A stretch of 64,000 nucleotides of DNA. Origin: a virus. The position numbers and the translations under genes were made by a program. Numbering within the stretch: the first letter of the stretch is position 1; each line of letters opens with the position of its first letter. Shown piece after piece: positions 1 to 8,305 of this stretch. The stretch is taken from the IMG/VR virus record IMGVR_UViG_3300045988_181613. One strand, written 5' to 3'. Below the pieces are notes generated by a model. It did no database searches and was not told the DNA's origin. It saw only the letters and a list, made by a program, of their open reading frames with translations.

Positions 1-626
1 TTAATGAAAGAAGGTACATATTTTTGATAAGATTTTCCTAAGGATTTAAAGAAATTGATAAATTCAATTTGATTTTTCTTTATATAAATTTCTATTCTTT
101 CCTTTTGTAAAGAAACACTTGGAAATATTTTTTTACAACAATTGAAGATTATTTCTCGAGAATCTTTTAATTGGCTTATATTTATTCTTTTTGTAGATTT
201 ATATTCAGTATAAGATCCTTCAGATAAATAATATCCCAGAAATTCACAGAATAATTTCATATCATATTGATTTCCATCAAATGTAATATATTTTTTTTCT
301 ATTCCTTTCCAAGAAGGTAAATAAGTGAGAAATGAATATTCTTCTGTTAATTCAGACTCTTTTCTCAAACAAATATTTTTACCAGATTTATATTCATACT
401 GAGTTCTACCGACATGATAATGATTAGGAGAGGTACAGAGATTAAAATCTCTACTAATTCTTTCTATCATCTTTCCTTTATAATGAATAGAGAGGTAATG
501 TATGGCTTTAACATACTCACCTTCACCCGTTTCTGGATTAACTGATAAAAATTCTTCATCTCCTTTTAAATCAGAAAATAATATGAAACCATTTTTAGTA
601 AGTACTTCTGTTTGATCATCATAACA
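1..626 (-). mobile_element. Intein, partial (N-terminal splicing blocks + LAGLIDADG endonuclease), inside the head-morphogenesis gene
   Basis: Cys1 codon at 626..624 after GTTHPF; block A CYDDQTEVLTKNGFILFSDL; block B LCTSPNHYHV (TxxH); LAGLIDADG-type motif FCEFLGYYLSEGSY. C-terminal junction lies beyond position 1. Confidence 0.7.
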
Positions 627-1412
627 GAAAGGATGAGTAGTTCCGAGAACTGGCTTCCAATCTTTCGCTTTTCTTCCAATATTATCTCCATTCGATATAA
701 GTTGAGATATCTTAAATATACGGGGCTTACTTCCAATTCCTCCTGTAGTATATAAATGTCTACAATGAGAACATGCTTGTGGAAAAACATGTTTGTAAAC
801 CAGAGCTTCTGTACCATGTTTTTCCATTATAATTTGAGCTTTTCCAAGACAATAAATATCCTGCATCTCTGTTTCTACAATCCTTCCCCAATCTCTATTC
901 CAATCTTGCAATCGATTTGATATATTATTTGTAATTGATTGCACAGATTTCCTTCTCAATATCCCTTCTTTTACAGAATTATCCAATTGGCGATACTCAA
1001 CTGTATTTTTTATTTCTTGCTCTGAAATAGCATTCGAGATCGTTTCTTTAAAACGATGTCCCATTCCTTTTATATAAGAATAGGTTCTTGTAGCGGCAGC
1101 TCGATATTCCGCTTTTTCTCTTTCAGTTAGTTTTTGATAATCTCTTCTTTCAATATAAGTAGTTAAATCTTTATAATCTAATTGTTTCGTTTGAATCGGA
1201 CTCAATAAAGCAGAAACTCTACCAAATAAAAATGCCTGGTAATAAGGAGGTAACTTTATAAGTTCTTTCTCGATATCAAAACCATTCTTTTTTAACAATT
1301 CTTTATCCTCAGACGTTAAAAATTCTTTTCCTAAAACGTCTCCAACAATACGTGCCAATCGATAATCGACAATATTGAAAAGTTTTTGTATTTCCGCTGG
1401 TGTAAAAATCAT
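1..1412 (-). CDS. Head-morphogenesis / minor head protein (Mu F, SPP1 gp7-like), N-terminal part; interrupted by an intein and truncated by the window edge
   Basis: Absent from ORF track (no stop inside window). Own translation from ATG 1412..1410 (ATGA overlap with upstream stop): MIFTPAEIQKLF...ACSHCRHLYTTGG...WKPVLGTTHPF, then intein sequence. Lies directly downstream of the portal gene. Confidence 0.6.
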   Translation of the reverse strand, partial: MIFTPAEIQKLFNIVDYRLARIVGDVLGKEFLTSEDKELLKKNGFDIEKELIKLPPYYQAFLFGRVSALLSPIQTKQLDYKDLTTYIERRDYQKLTEREKAEYRAAATRTYSYIKGMGHRFKETISNAISEQEIKNTVEYRQLDNSVKEGILRRKSVQSITNNISNRLQDWNRDWGRIVETEMQDIYCLGKAQIIMEKHGTEALVYKHVFPQACSHCRHLYTTGGIGSKPRIFKISQLISNGDNIGRKAKDWKPVLGTTHPFCYDDQTEVLTKNGFILFSDLKGDEEFLSVNPETGEGEYVKAIHYLSIHYKGKMIERISRDFNLCTSPNHYHVGRTQYEYKSGKNICLRKESELTEEYSFLTYLPSWKGIEKKYITFDGNQYDMKLFCEFLGYYLSEGSYTEYKSTKRINISQLKDSREIIFNCCKKIFPSVSLQKERIEIYIKKNQIEFINFFKSLGKSYQKYVPSFI

Positions 1413-1609
1413 TCCTTTACAATATCAACCATTTCCTTTACAATATCTTTAAACATATTATTAGTCTGGGTTACGAAAATCGCTTGTGCTAAATTTTCGT
1501 AACCACACTGAACCTTAGGATACCTGATAGGATCTTTTACATGAGGCTTAATAGCAGGTGCTTTCTGCATATCATTAACCTTAATTCCCTTCACATATTT
1601 ATATTCCAT
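1409..1609 (-). CDS. Hypothetical small protein
   Basis: Track ORF 1409..1660; internal Met at 1609 begins just past the portal stop (1611); stop overlaps next ATG (ATGA). Confidence 0.35.
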   Translation of the reverse strand: MEYKYVKGIKVNDMQKAPAIKPHVKDPIRYPKVQCGYENLAQAIFVTQTNNMFKDIVKEMVDIVKE

Positions 1610-1610
1610 A

Positions 1611-3302
1611 TCAATTCTTATAAAGATTTTTTGCAATATATTCCATTGCAGCAGCTTCAATAGGATTATTCTCTATAGATTTTTCATATTGATCAAAAGG
1701 ATTCTCTCCATCCTCACCCGGTACGGGTTCTGCATACATAGCAGAATTCATTTCATTCATCTTTGCCGTTTGATATACAGAATTTAAAATAGTATCTGTA
1801 TCAGGATTAAATTGTCTTCCAGAATATTTACGGAAAATATCTTCCATAGATACCATTCCACCATCTAATTTCTTTTTATCTAATTCAACTTGTTTAGATT
1901 CATCTTCAATTTCAATTCCGGTAAAGGCGAATTCAAATTCTCCATCAAACATTTCATCCACTATATAATGATTGATGATGTTCTGGAGAAAAATCAATAA
2001 AGGTTTTAATCCTTTATCTCTACTATGATTCAAACGCTCATGTTGTCCATTTTGACCAAATATTTGTGTTTGATCTTTAAATTGGAATCCAAGTTCAGAA
2101 GGATCGATTCGATAAACAGAACAAGTAATTACAATCAAGAATTTTACCCATTCTGTAAATTCCATATCTCTATTTGATTTCTGTAAGTCAACCCATTCCA
2201 AATCTATTCCTTGCATTATAGGAGTTCGATGTGAATTACCTACCCCTCTCATTGTTTGGGTCCAAGCTTGCCGAAATTCATTTAAAGTTGCATTATCGAT
2301 ATTTCCATTCTTAATATTAATAAAACCTTTCGGTTGAGAACCTTTAGAAAAGAAATTACCGTTATATTGCATACCCCAAAGAATCCAGGTTATAATCTCA
2401 ACAAGAGTTTCAAGTTCCGAAGTACCGTAACCATTTCTATAAATAGATGTGCTTTTATTTCGAATACCATAGCCTAACTCCCATGGATAAAAAACTACTG
2501 ATTCATGAGTTGTAGGATTCTGAAGAATTTGTCCCTGCCAAGACATACAAAAACGGGGTAGATAACCTTTGAAACGATATCTTTCAAATTCATCGCGATA
2601 GCGTGGATCTACACTGTCTAATAGTCTGATCAAAGAGGCATCAATAGCCCGAAAACGTGCTAAATTCCATCCACGATCTCTTGTTATTTCAAAAGCTAAC
2701 TGATCTAACGTCAAGCTATCAAATACAATTTTCCTTCCAAAATCTTGGAAAGTATCATAATTAGCCCATTTATCATTTAAACCACCATTTTCAAGAAACT
2801 TGATTATATGCTCAATCTTTCCCTGGTCGCCTTCTTCAATTTCTTTGTTCTGAAAATCCTTCTCGAAAAGACTTTTCTTTTTTCTTATGGTGTAACCTTC
2901 TTTCTGTTCATCAACACTAAAATGCAGGAAATTTTGTACTTGTTCTACTCGTGTATTAACAACACTACGAACAATAAAAATATCCCCCATTCTTCTTAAT
3001 GTATCAAAAGAAAGGGCACCTCTATTTTCTTTATATCCTTTTCCAGAATCGCCTACATCATTTGGATTGAAAAAAATTGATTGCATTTTTCCATTATCCA
3101 ATCTATCTCGTTGATTCAAAAAAAGATTTGCTTTCATGATCTCTTCAAAATCATTAGAAGCGGCCATTTGTTGAATTTTTGACTCAAGTAATGTTGGAAT
3201 GGTCTTTTGCAATCCCGAAATTTCTTCCAAAGACAGACCAGCCAGACCTTTTAAAAGGTCTGGCTTTTCTTCTTTATTTATCTTCTTTCTACGACTGCTC
3301 AT
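1611..3302 (-). CDS. Portal protein (putative)
   Basis: 563 aa; size and position upstream of head-morphogenesis gene; segment ALSFDTLRRMGDIFIVRSVVNTRVEQVQNF resembles portal-family core. No search run. Confidence 0.6.
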   Translation of the reverse strand: MSSRRKKINKEEKPDLLKGLAGLSLEEISGLQKTIPTLLESKIQQMAASNDFEEIMKANLFLNQRDRLDNGKMQSIFFNPNDVGDSGKGYKENRGALSFDTLRRMGDIFIVRSVVNTRVEQVQNFLHFSVDEQKEGYTIRKKKSLFEKDFQNKEIEEGDQGKIEHIIKFLENGGLNDKWANYDTFQDFGRKIVFDSLTLDQLAFEITRDRGWNLARFRAIDASLIRLLDSVDPRYRDEFERYRFKGYLPRFCMSWQGQILQNPTTHESVVFYPWELGYGIRNKSTSIYRNGYGTSELETLVEIITWILWGMQYNGNFFSKGSQPKGFINIKNGNIDNATLNEFRQAWTQTMRGVGNSHRTPIMQGIDLEWVDLQKSNRDMEFTEWVKFLIVITCSVYRIDPSELGFQFKDQTQIFGQNGQHERLNHSRDKGLKPLLIFLQNIINHYIVDEMFDGEFEFAFTGIEIEDESKQVELDKKKLDGGMVSMEDIFRKYSGRQFNPDTDTILNSVYQTAKMNEMNSAMYAEPVPGEDGENPFDQYEKSIENNPIEAAAMEYIAKNLYKN

Positions 3303-3315
3303 GATAAATTATTTT

Positions 3316-3933
3316 TTATACGCCTGCTGTTTGACTCAATGTAATTGAAGCCGTAGCTGGTGAATCGCCTTCCAACTGAGTAATTGTTACTGTACCAGAT
3401 CTTCCAGCTCCTGTATTGGCAGATGCAATTACCATATCTTTAGTGTCATTCAAACTAAATCCATCTCCGGTAATTTCCACCTTATATTTTACATCGACAA
3501 TCATTCCTTTTACAAAGCCTTCACTGGTAACTGTTTTTGTTGATTTTACAGCAAAACTATCAGATCCTCCTGCAGCTGCAAAAGATAATTCTGTCGGATC
3601 TGCCTCTACTTTATAATCTCCAAATTCCATCTTCTCAGGAAGTAATTCAATCGGAGAAATTTCTCCGAGACCTTCATTCCATTGAATAAGCTGAAGACCA
3701 TTATTCAAAGCAAACAACAAAAAATCAAGATGTTCTCTTTCCGTACCTGCGACAAAATCAAACCCCATTTCCAAAATAGCAGAATTAGGATTATCAATTG
3801 CAGACGTGTTTCCGGGAATAGGAATACCTCTTGGAGTTTCAGTAATAAATACTTTTTTCTGTTCTCCAGAACCATCCGTAGCTACTACTACATCAATGTT
3901 TTTATCTGAGTTTTTAAATTCATATAGTCTCAT
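3316..3933 (-). CDS. Virion-associated protein with C-terminal Ig-like (BACON/Big-type) domain (putative)
   Basis: C-terminal ~90 aa PTELSFAAAGGSDSFAVKS...NTGAGRSGTVTITQ...ITLSQ fits the beta-sandwich repeat pattern of Bacteroidota Ig-like domains. Confidence 0.45.
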   Translation of the reverse strand: MRLYEFKNSDKNIDVVVATDGSGEQKKVFITETPRGIPIPGNTSAIDNPNSAILEMGFDFVAGTEREHLDFLLFALNNGLQLIQWNEGLGEISPIELLPEKMEFGDYKVEADPTELSFAAAGGSDSFAVKSTKTVTSEGFVKGMIVDVKYKVEITGDGFSLNDTKDMVIASANTGAGRSGTVTITQLEGDSPATASITLSQTAGV

Positions 3934-3964
3934 AATCTCAATATATTAAATTAAACGAATTTAC

Positions 3965-4441
3965 TTATGATTGCGGCTTCTTTACAAAACCATTTTCATC
4001 AAAATCTTTTAAATATTTTCGTATCCATACAGGTACTAATTCAGGATTAATTTTCCCGACATTTTCTACTATAGAAATTGCCTCTCTAACTAAAAGTGCT
4101 GTACACATTAAAGATCTAAACCAGGTGAAGGTATTATTTGGTTGTCCATCAATCGTAAAACTTCCAAGTACGTGAGCTACAATTAATAAAGAGGTATATA
4201 CTAATAGCTTCATAAAAATCATAGCAAAACCTTTACTTGAAAAATCTTTATGAATCAGATGATAGGTCCAGCTTACAATAGTATCTATCGTAATGAGAAC
4301 GATTAGGTATTTGACGAACTCCCAATCTTTAAACATGTATTTTTCTATCCAATCTACTATGGGTGACAATGGAATTGCCATTAATAGTGGATAAAAGAAA
4401 CTCGCCGCATAATTGATCACTTTATCTAAAATTTTACGCAT
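3965..4441 (-). CDS. Holin (Phage_holin_4-like)
   Basis: 158 aa, 3-4 hydrophobic helices, LVREAISIVENVGKI matches the E-x-x-S-I-x-EN signature of that holin family. Confidence 0.6.
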   Translation of the reverse strand: MRKILDKVINYAASFFYPLLMAIPLSPIVDWIEKYMFKDWEFVKYLIVLITIDTIVSWTYHLIHKDFSSKGFAMIFMKLLVYTSLLIVAHVLGSFTIDGQPNNTFTWFRSLMCTALLVREAISIVENVGKINPELVPVWIRKYLKDFDENGFVKKPQS

Positions 4442-4525
4442 TTTTTCTCAAACTTAAATGTTTCACGAAGTAAAACATTTTGCCAAACCTTACCCTAAAA
4501 ATTCCCTTAAAAACCTAATCGGATG

Positions 4526-5089
4526 CTAATCCTCTTTCTCATTGTCTTTAGAAGTGTGTTTATTGGTAACATCAGCAATCTTTTTAGATAACTCTGCTAC
4601 TTTGGCTTTATCACCTCTTTTTACAGCACTTGTATATTCAGCTCTAAGTTTAGCTAAATTACCAGCTCCTTCATTGAAGTCTTCTGCTTTTGTATCACCA
4701 TAAGGTTTACCTACAACACCCTTCTTACGATTTTCAGGAGTATCTTTATAATATCCTGTCTTGGATTTTATTAAAGTATCGGGATTAATTTCTTCCTTCC
4801 ATTCAATCTGAGAAGGTCTCCAGAATAAGATCGATTTGCTTAAATCATCGTTCACAACAGTGACTCTATTCAAAGAAACAAAATCTATCGCTCCATACTC
4901 TTTTTCAATAGGATCAATACTTTTAAGAACATCTTGTGAAAATCTTTTCACTTGCTCCTCAGTATATATTTCATATTCTGGATTATCAAATTTAGAAAGG
5001 AATTCCTTTCTTGTCATATCTGCATATTTTTTCATAAACTTCTTATATTTACGAGTATCGTATTTTACAATGCCTAAATATAAGAACAA
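4526..5089 (-). CDS. Hypothetical protein
   Basis: 187-aa ORF; true start may be the Met at 5035 (MKKYADMTRKEF). Confidence 0.5.
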   Translation of the reverse strand: MFLYLGIVKYDTRKYKKFMKKYADMTRKEFLSKFDNPEYEIYTEEQVKRFSQDVLKSIDPIEKEYGAIDFVSLNRVTVVNDDLSKSILFWRPSQIEWKEEINPDTLIKSKTGYYKDTPENRKKGVVGKPYGDTKAEDFNEGAGNLAKLRAEYTSAVKRGDKAKVAELSKKIADVTNKHTSKDNEKED

Positions 5090-5130
5090 TAAATCTAATA
5101 GTCAATATTTTTCTTTGAAATAAATCATTT

Positions 5131-6150
5131 TCAAATTACTAAAGGCGAATATCTACTCTGGAGTTCTAAATAAAATTCTTTTAATAAACTTGTTTCTTTT
5201 ATATTAGAAGCCTCTCTTTCTAATCGATGTGCCATTAATTCTGTGATCTCACCCATTTCTGCAAGTTTCGTTAAAAAATATTTGATCTGTAAAAGGTATG
5301 AATTAAAATGCTCTTCAATACTTTTCCATTGTTCTTTTCCTTCTTGTAACTTATCTAATTGAATTTCAACAATTTGAATCATACGTGACCAATCTAAAAT
5401 AGAAAGATTAGCACCTTTTAAATTTGCTTTATCTAATTTTAATTTTTCTTCTGGAGTTACAATTTTATAACGTGAATATTTTATATCATCTTTATTAGTA
5501 AGTTCCATTATTTTTCTCATAATGATACTCTTCCATTGAGATCTTTCTGGAATTTCAAAATTCCAAGAATAAAAATTCTTATAAATACCATAACGTTTAG
5601 TTATCTCTTTTTTTGTAGGGGGTCTATGGAAAGAATCGCCGAAATATAATTTTAATTTTTGTATGGAATTTCTAACTTCACTGTAAGTAAAATCTATATT
5701 TTCCATAGATAGATTCCTGCAAATATAATCTATTCCGAAAAAGTAAGATTCCTCCGAATTAGATTTTTGCTCTATATCTAATTCATTTTCAAAGACATAA
5801 TGAATATGCTTGGCTTTTCTATATATCATACATAGAATTTTCCAGTCTTTGATATCCAAATGATATTTAGCATCTGGAATTTGATTTGTCAATAAAATAT
5901 AATCAGGAACTCTATCATATTCAATAGAAGGGATGAATTTCATTCTGTGAAGCTTATTATTATCAAATAATACTTCGCCAGATTGAATCATTTGATCCAA
6001 GGTCTTTTTTATAGTTTGTTTACTCCATCCTATATTTGATTCGATTGTTTCTATAAGATGATTAGGTGAATTAAAATAATTTCCTTTATTTCCTTTCCAA
6101 CCTGCAATTCTTGTAAGTTGACTTCTTAATATGTTTAATTTTTTCTCCAT
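5131..6150 (-). CDS. Hypothetical protein with N-terminal winged-helix-like segment
   Basis: 339-aa ORF; SKQTIKKTLDQMIQSGEV resembles a wHTH recognition region; follows the 6151-6641 non-coding region. Confidence 0.5.
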   Translation of the reverse strand: MEKKLNILRSQLTRIAGWKGNKGNYFNSPNHLIETIESNIGWSKQTIKKTLDQMIQSGEVLFDNNKLHRMKFIPSIEYDRVPDYILLTNQIPDAKYHLDIKDWKILCMIYRKAKHIHYVFENELDIEQKSNSEESYFFGIDYICRNLSMENIDFTYSEVRNSIQKLKLYFGDSFHRPPTKKEITKRYGIYKNFYSWNFEIPERSQWKSIIMRKIMELTNKDDIKYSRYKIVTPEEKLKLDKANLKGANLSILDWSRMIQIVEIQLDKLQEGKEQWKSIEEHFNSYLLQIKYFLTKLAEMGEITELMAHRLEREASNIKETSLLKEFYLELQSRYSPLVI

Positions 6151-6221
6151 ATATACTTTTATTTTTGCTAACGTAAAATTACAAGTTTCTTTTTATTTAG
6201 ACAACTCCTTTAAAAAGAAAA

Positions 6222-6240
6222 AGTGACCATAAAGGTCACT
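6222..6240 (-). terminator. Intrinsic terminator
   Basis: AGTGACC/GGTCACT 7-bp stem, then TTTTCTTTTT on the minus strand. Confidence 0.6.
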
Positions 6241-6314
6241 TTATTTCTTATCGAATAACAAAAATAAAAGTATATAAATTATCGTGTTTCACAACACCTC
6301 TTTATATCATACTC

Positions 6315-6322
6315 TAAAGATA
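6315..6322 (-). promoter_or_regulatory. TATCTTTA promoter-like box followed by a short terminated leader
   Basis: Box, ~75 nt, then terminator 6222..6240; no ORF in between. Confidence 0.4.
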
Positions 6323-6405
6323 CAGCTTATATCCTTATTTACCAAATATTTTCAAAGAAAAATCCTTATTAGGGTGGATCTTCTTTTTATCTATTCTATA
6401 ACTAC

Positions 6406-6550
6406 TTGATAATCAACTGGTCAAAATTGCATCTAATATATAAGCTAAAGCTTAGATATATCTTTTATATTTATAATAGGAATAAGAGAATAAGTCTATC
6501 AATGTAATTGATATATATTATATACGATTTTGACCAGTGTTGATTATCAA
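6406..6550. repeat. Long-range inverted repeat (22/24 nt arms, ~99-nt AT-rich spacer)
   Basis: TTGATAATCAACTGGTCAAAAT (6406..6427) versus ATTTTGACCAGTGTTGATTATCAA (6527..6550); identical apart from a 2-nt bulge. Confidence 0.8.
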
Positions 6551-6594
6551 TGAATTATTGAGAAAAATATTTACTACCCTTATAAAAATAAAAA

Positions 6595-6625
6595 AGACAC
6601 GAAATTTATCATATTTTTCGTGTCT
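6595..6625 (-). terminator. Intrinsic terminator after gene 6642..7034
   Basis: AGACACGAAA/TTTCGTGTCT 10-bp stem, T-rich tail on the minus strand. Confidence 0.7.
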
Positions 6626-6641
6626 TTTCCTTCTATAAATA

Positions 6642-7034
6642 TTATACGGTTTTCTTCTTGGTAAATAAACTAAATAGCCATTCGATTAATCCGGTATCAA
6701 ATAAACCATTAGAGGCTAATCCTGCTCCGAGGCCCCATAGTAATGCTTGCCACCAATCCAATCCATTAAACATTCCCAAATGAAATCCCCATGCAAACAT
6801 ACCTAAAATAATTCCTATAAGCCACGAAATAATTCGCTGAACCCAAGCTGTTGGTTCTACTTTAAACAGCTTCTTGATAAATTCAGTGATGATACTCGTA
6901 ACAGAAACAATTCCCGCAAAAGTCGCAAAATAAGCCTCGTAATCAGTTCCTACTGGAGGATCTACTGTCTGTGCTGTAAGAATACCAATAGAGCACAGTA
7001 ATCCAAAAATAAGTGCAATAATAAAATTCTTCAT
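6642..7034 (-). CDS. Membrane protein
   Basis: Start moved to Met17 (MKNFIIALIFGLLCSIGILTAQ) because the TATCTTTA box at 7072..7079 lies inside the longer track ORF; four hydrophobic segments. Confidence 0.6.
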   Translation of the reverse strand: MKNFIIALIFGLLCSIGILTAQTVDPPVGTDYEAYFATFAGIVSVTSIITEFIKKLFKVEPTAWVQRIISWLIGIILGMFAWGFHLGMFNGLDWWQALLWGLGAGLASNGLFDTGLIEWLFSLFTKKKTV

Positions 7035-7071
7035 AACTCTTTTAATTTTAATTGTTATTATTAATTCGTGG

Positions 7072-7079
7072 TAAAGATA
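7072..7079 (-). promoter_or_regulatory. TATCTTTA promoter box
   Basis: 38 nt upstream of ATG 7034. Confidence 0.55.
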
Positions 7080-7095
7080 CAAATTATCTTTTTAG

Positions 7096-7446
7096 TCACC
7101 TAATTTTTTCGTAAAAATAACATTTATCTTCCACATGAACTGTCATGAGAGTAATTTTTCCGTAAGTAAAATCAACTTTCCAGTTTCCTCTTTCTTTATT
7201 ATCAAGATTATAAATAAAGAGGTGAGAACAATCTGCTGTATAAAAATACTGATAATTATAAACCTCTATATTTAATTTTGGACCCATATAGACTGAATCT
7301 TCTTTAAAAATCATAATGTCATCAGTCTTATGTTCGGTACTTGTAATCTGTTTCCAGGTTCCAATGAATGGATTGATCTCTATTTCTGCTTTATTGCAAG
7401 CGACTAATCCTATTACAAGGATTAGAAAGACAACTATCTTTTTCAT
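7096..7446 (-). CDS. Lipoprotein
   Basis: MKKIVVFLILVIGLVAC: signal peptide plus lipobox Cys. Confidence 0.65.
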   Translation of the reverse strand: MKKIVVFLILVIGLVACNKAEIEINPFIGTWKQITSTEHKTDDIMIFKEDSVYMGPKLNIEVYNYQYFYTADCSHLFIYNLDNKERGNWKVDFTYGKITLMTVHVEDKCYFYEKIR

Positions 7447-7945
7447 AATTTACTCTATAAATAGTATCAAATTTATATCCTGTATAAACAGGATTTCTGA
7501 TCATATTATTAATATCTGCATGCCATAATTTAATCTTAGGATGTTTGTAATATAGTCCAATAAGTTTGATAACATCTAAATTATTTTCAGCAACGAAAAT
7601 TTCTGTCACAATTCCTTTTTCAATTTTCTCCATTAAATTATGAAGAAGCAATCCTATCCCAAGACCTCCAATAAAAACTTTTCCAGTCGCCTTATTTATA
7701 ACTTCAGAATTACTTTTTAATTCCATAGGAGTATCTGACATAAAAACAGTTCCGTTTATTTTCAAACGAGTATAAGTTCCATTTTCAATGCAAAAGAGAT
7801 CTGTACCTCTATCTCTTATTTCTCTTAGTTTTTGCATCATTAAAGTAGTGTTATCCACCTCTACTTTAATACAATCAAGTTCTGCAATGCCGATTTCTTT
7901 TCGATCACCTACTTTCATTTTAAATACTTCGTTTACTTGTTTCAT
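7391..7945 (-). CDS. Class I SAM-dependent methyltransferase / spermidine-synthase-fold protein (putative)
   Basis: GKVFIGGLGIGLLLHNL (motif I GxGxG), FVAENN acidic beta-2 end, KLWHADINN; 3' end overlaps next gene by 56 nt. Confidence 0.45.
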   Translation of the reverse strand: MKQVNEVFKMKVGDRKEIGIAELDCIKVEVDNTTLMMQKLREIRDRGTDLFCIENGTYTRLKINGTVFMSDTPMELKSNSEVINKATGKVFIGGLGIGLLLHNLMEKIEKGIVTEIFVAENNLDVIKLIGLYYKHPKIKLWHADINNMIRNPVYTGYKFDTIYRVNYEKDSCLSNPCNRISRLQ

Positions 7946-7998
7946 TTCTCATTTATTTTTAGTGAGATTCTTTTATCTTCTCTTGTTTTATTATGACA

Positions 7999-8006
7999 TA
8001 AAGATA
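7999..8006 (-). promoter_or_regulatory. TATCTTTA promoter box
   Basis: 54 nt upstream of ATG 7945. Confidence 0.55.
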
Positions 8007-8170
8007 CAAAGAAAAAGTGAAATGAGCCAGATACTGGAACTTATTTTTATATGTTTTTGAGTGTTTTATTTTCGAAGATAATAAAAGCTAAATAAAGTAT
8101 CAGAACCGTATTTTAAAACTCATATAAACAATCAAATTCATTAGATTCTTAGTTGTTTATATAAAAGAAA

Positions 8171-8195
8171 ACAGAGAAGATGGAGACTTCTCTGT
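8171..8195 (-). terminator. Intrinsic terminator (T-runs on both strands)
   Basis: ACAGAGAAG/CTTCTCTGT 9-bp stem; TTTCTTTT follows on the minus strand. Confidence 0.7.
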
Positions 8196-8287
8196 TTTTA
8201 ATTTCGTTAAACGTCATCTCGACGTCTAAGAAATCGTACATATGAAATTAAGCTTTCTATACTAAAAGTTTTACTATAACGATTTGG

Positions 8288-8295
8288 TAAAGATA
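8288..8295 (-). promoter_or_regulatory. TATCTTTA promoter-like box followed by a short terminated unit
   Basis: Box (GGTATATCTTTACC), ~95 nt, then terminator 8171..8195; no TTTG at -33. Confidence 0.35.
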
Positions 8296-8305
8296 TACCA
8301 AAATT

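Noticed and set aside
566-817. 83-aa minus-strand track ORF
   Set aside because: It lies in the wrong frame inside the long open frame 1..1412, which encodes recognisable head-protein and intein motifs. Its sequence is low-complexity.
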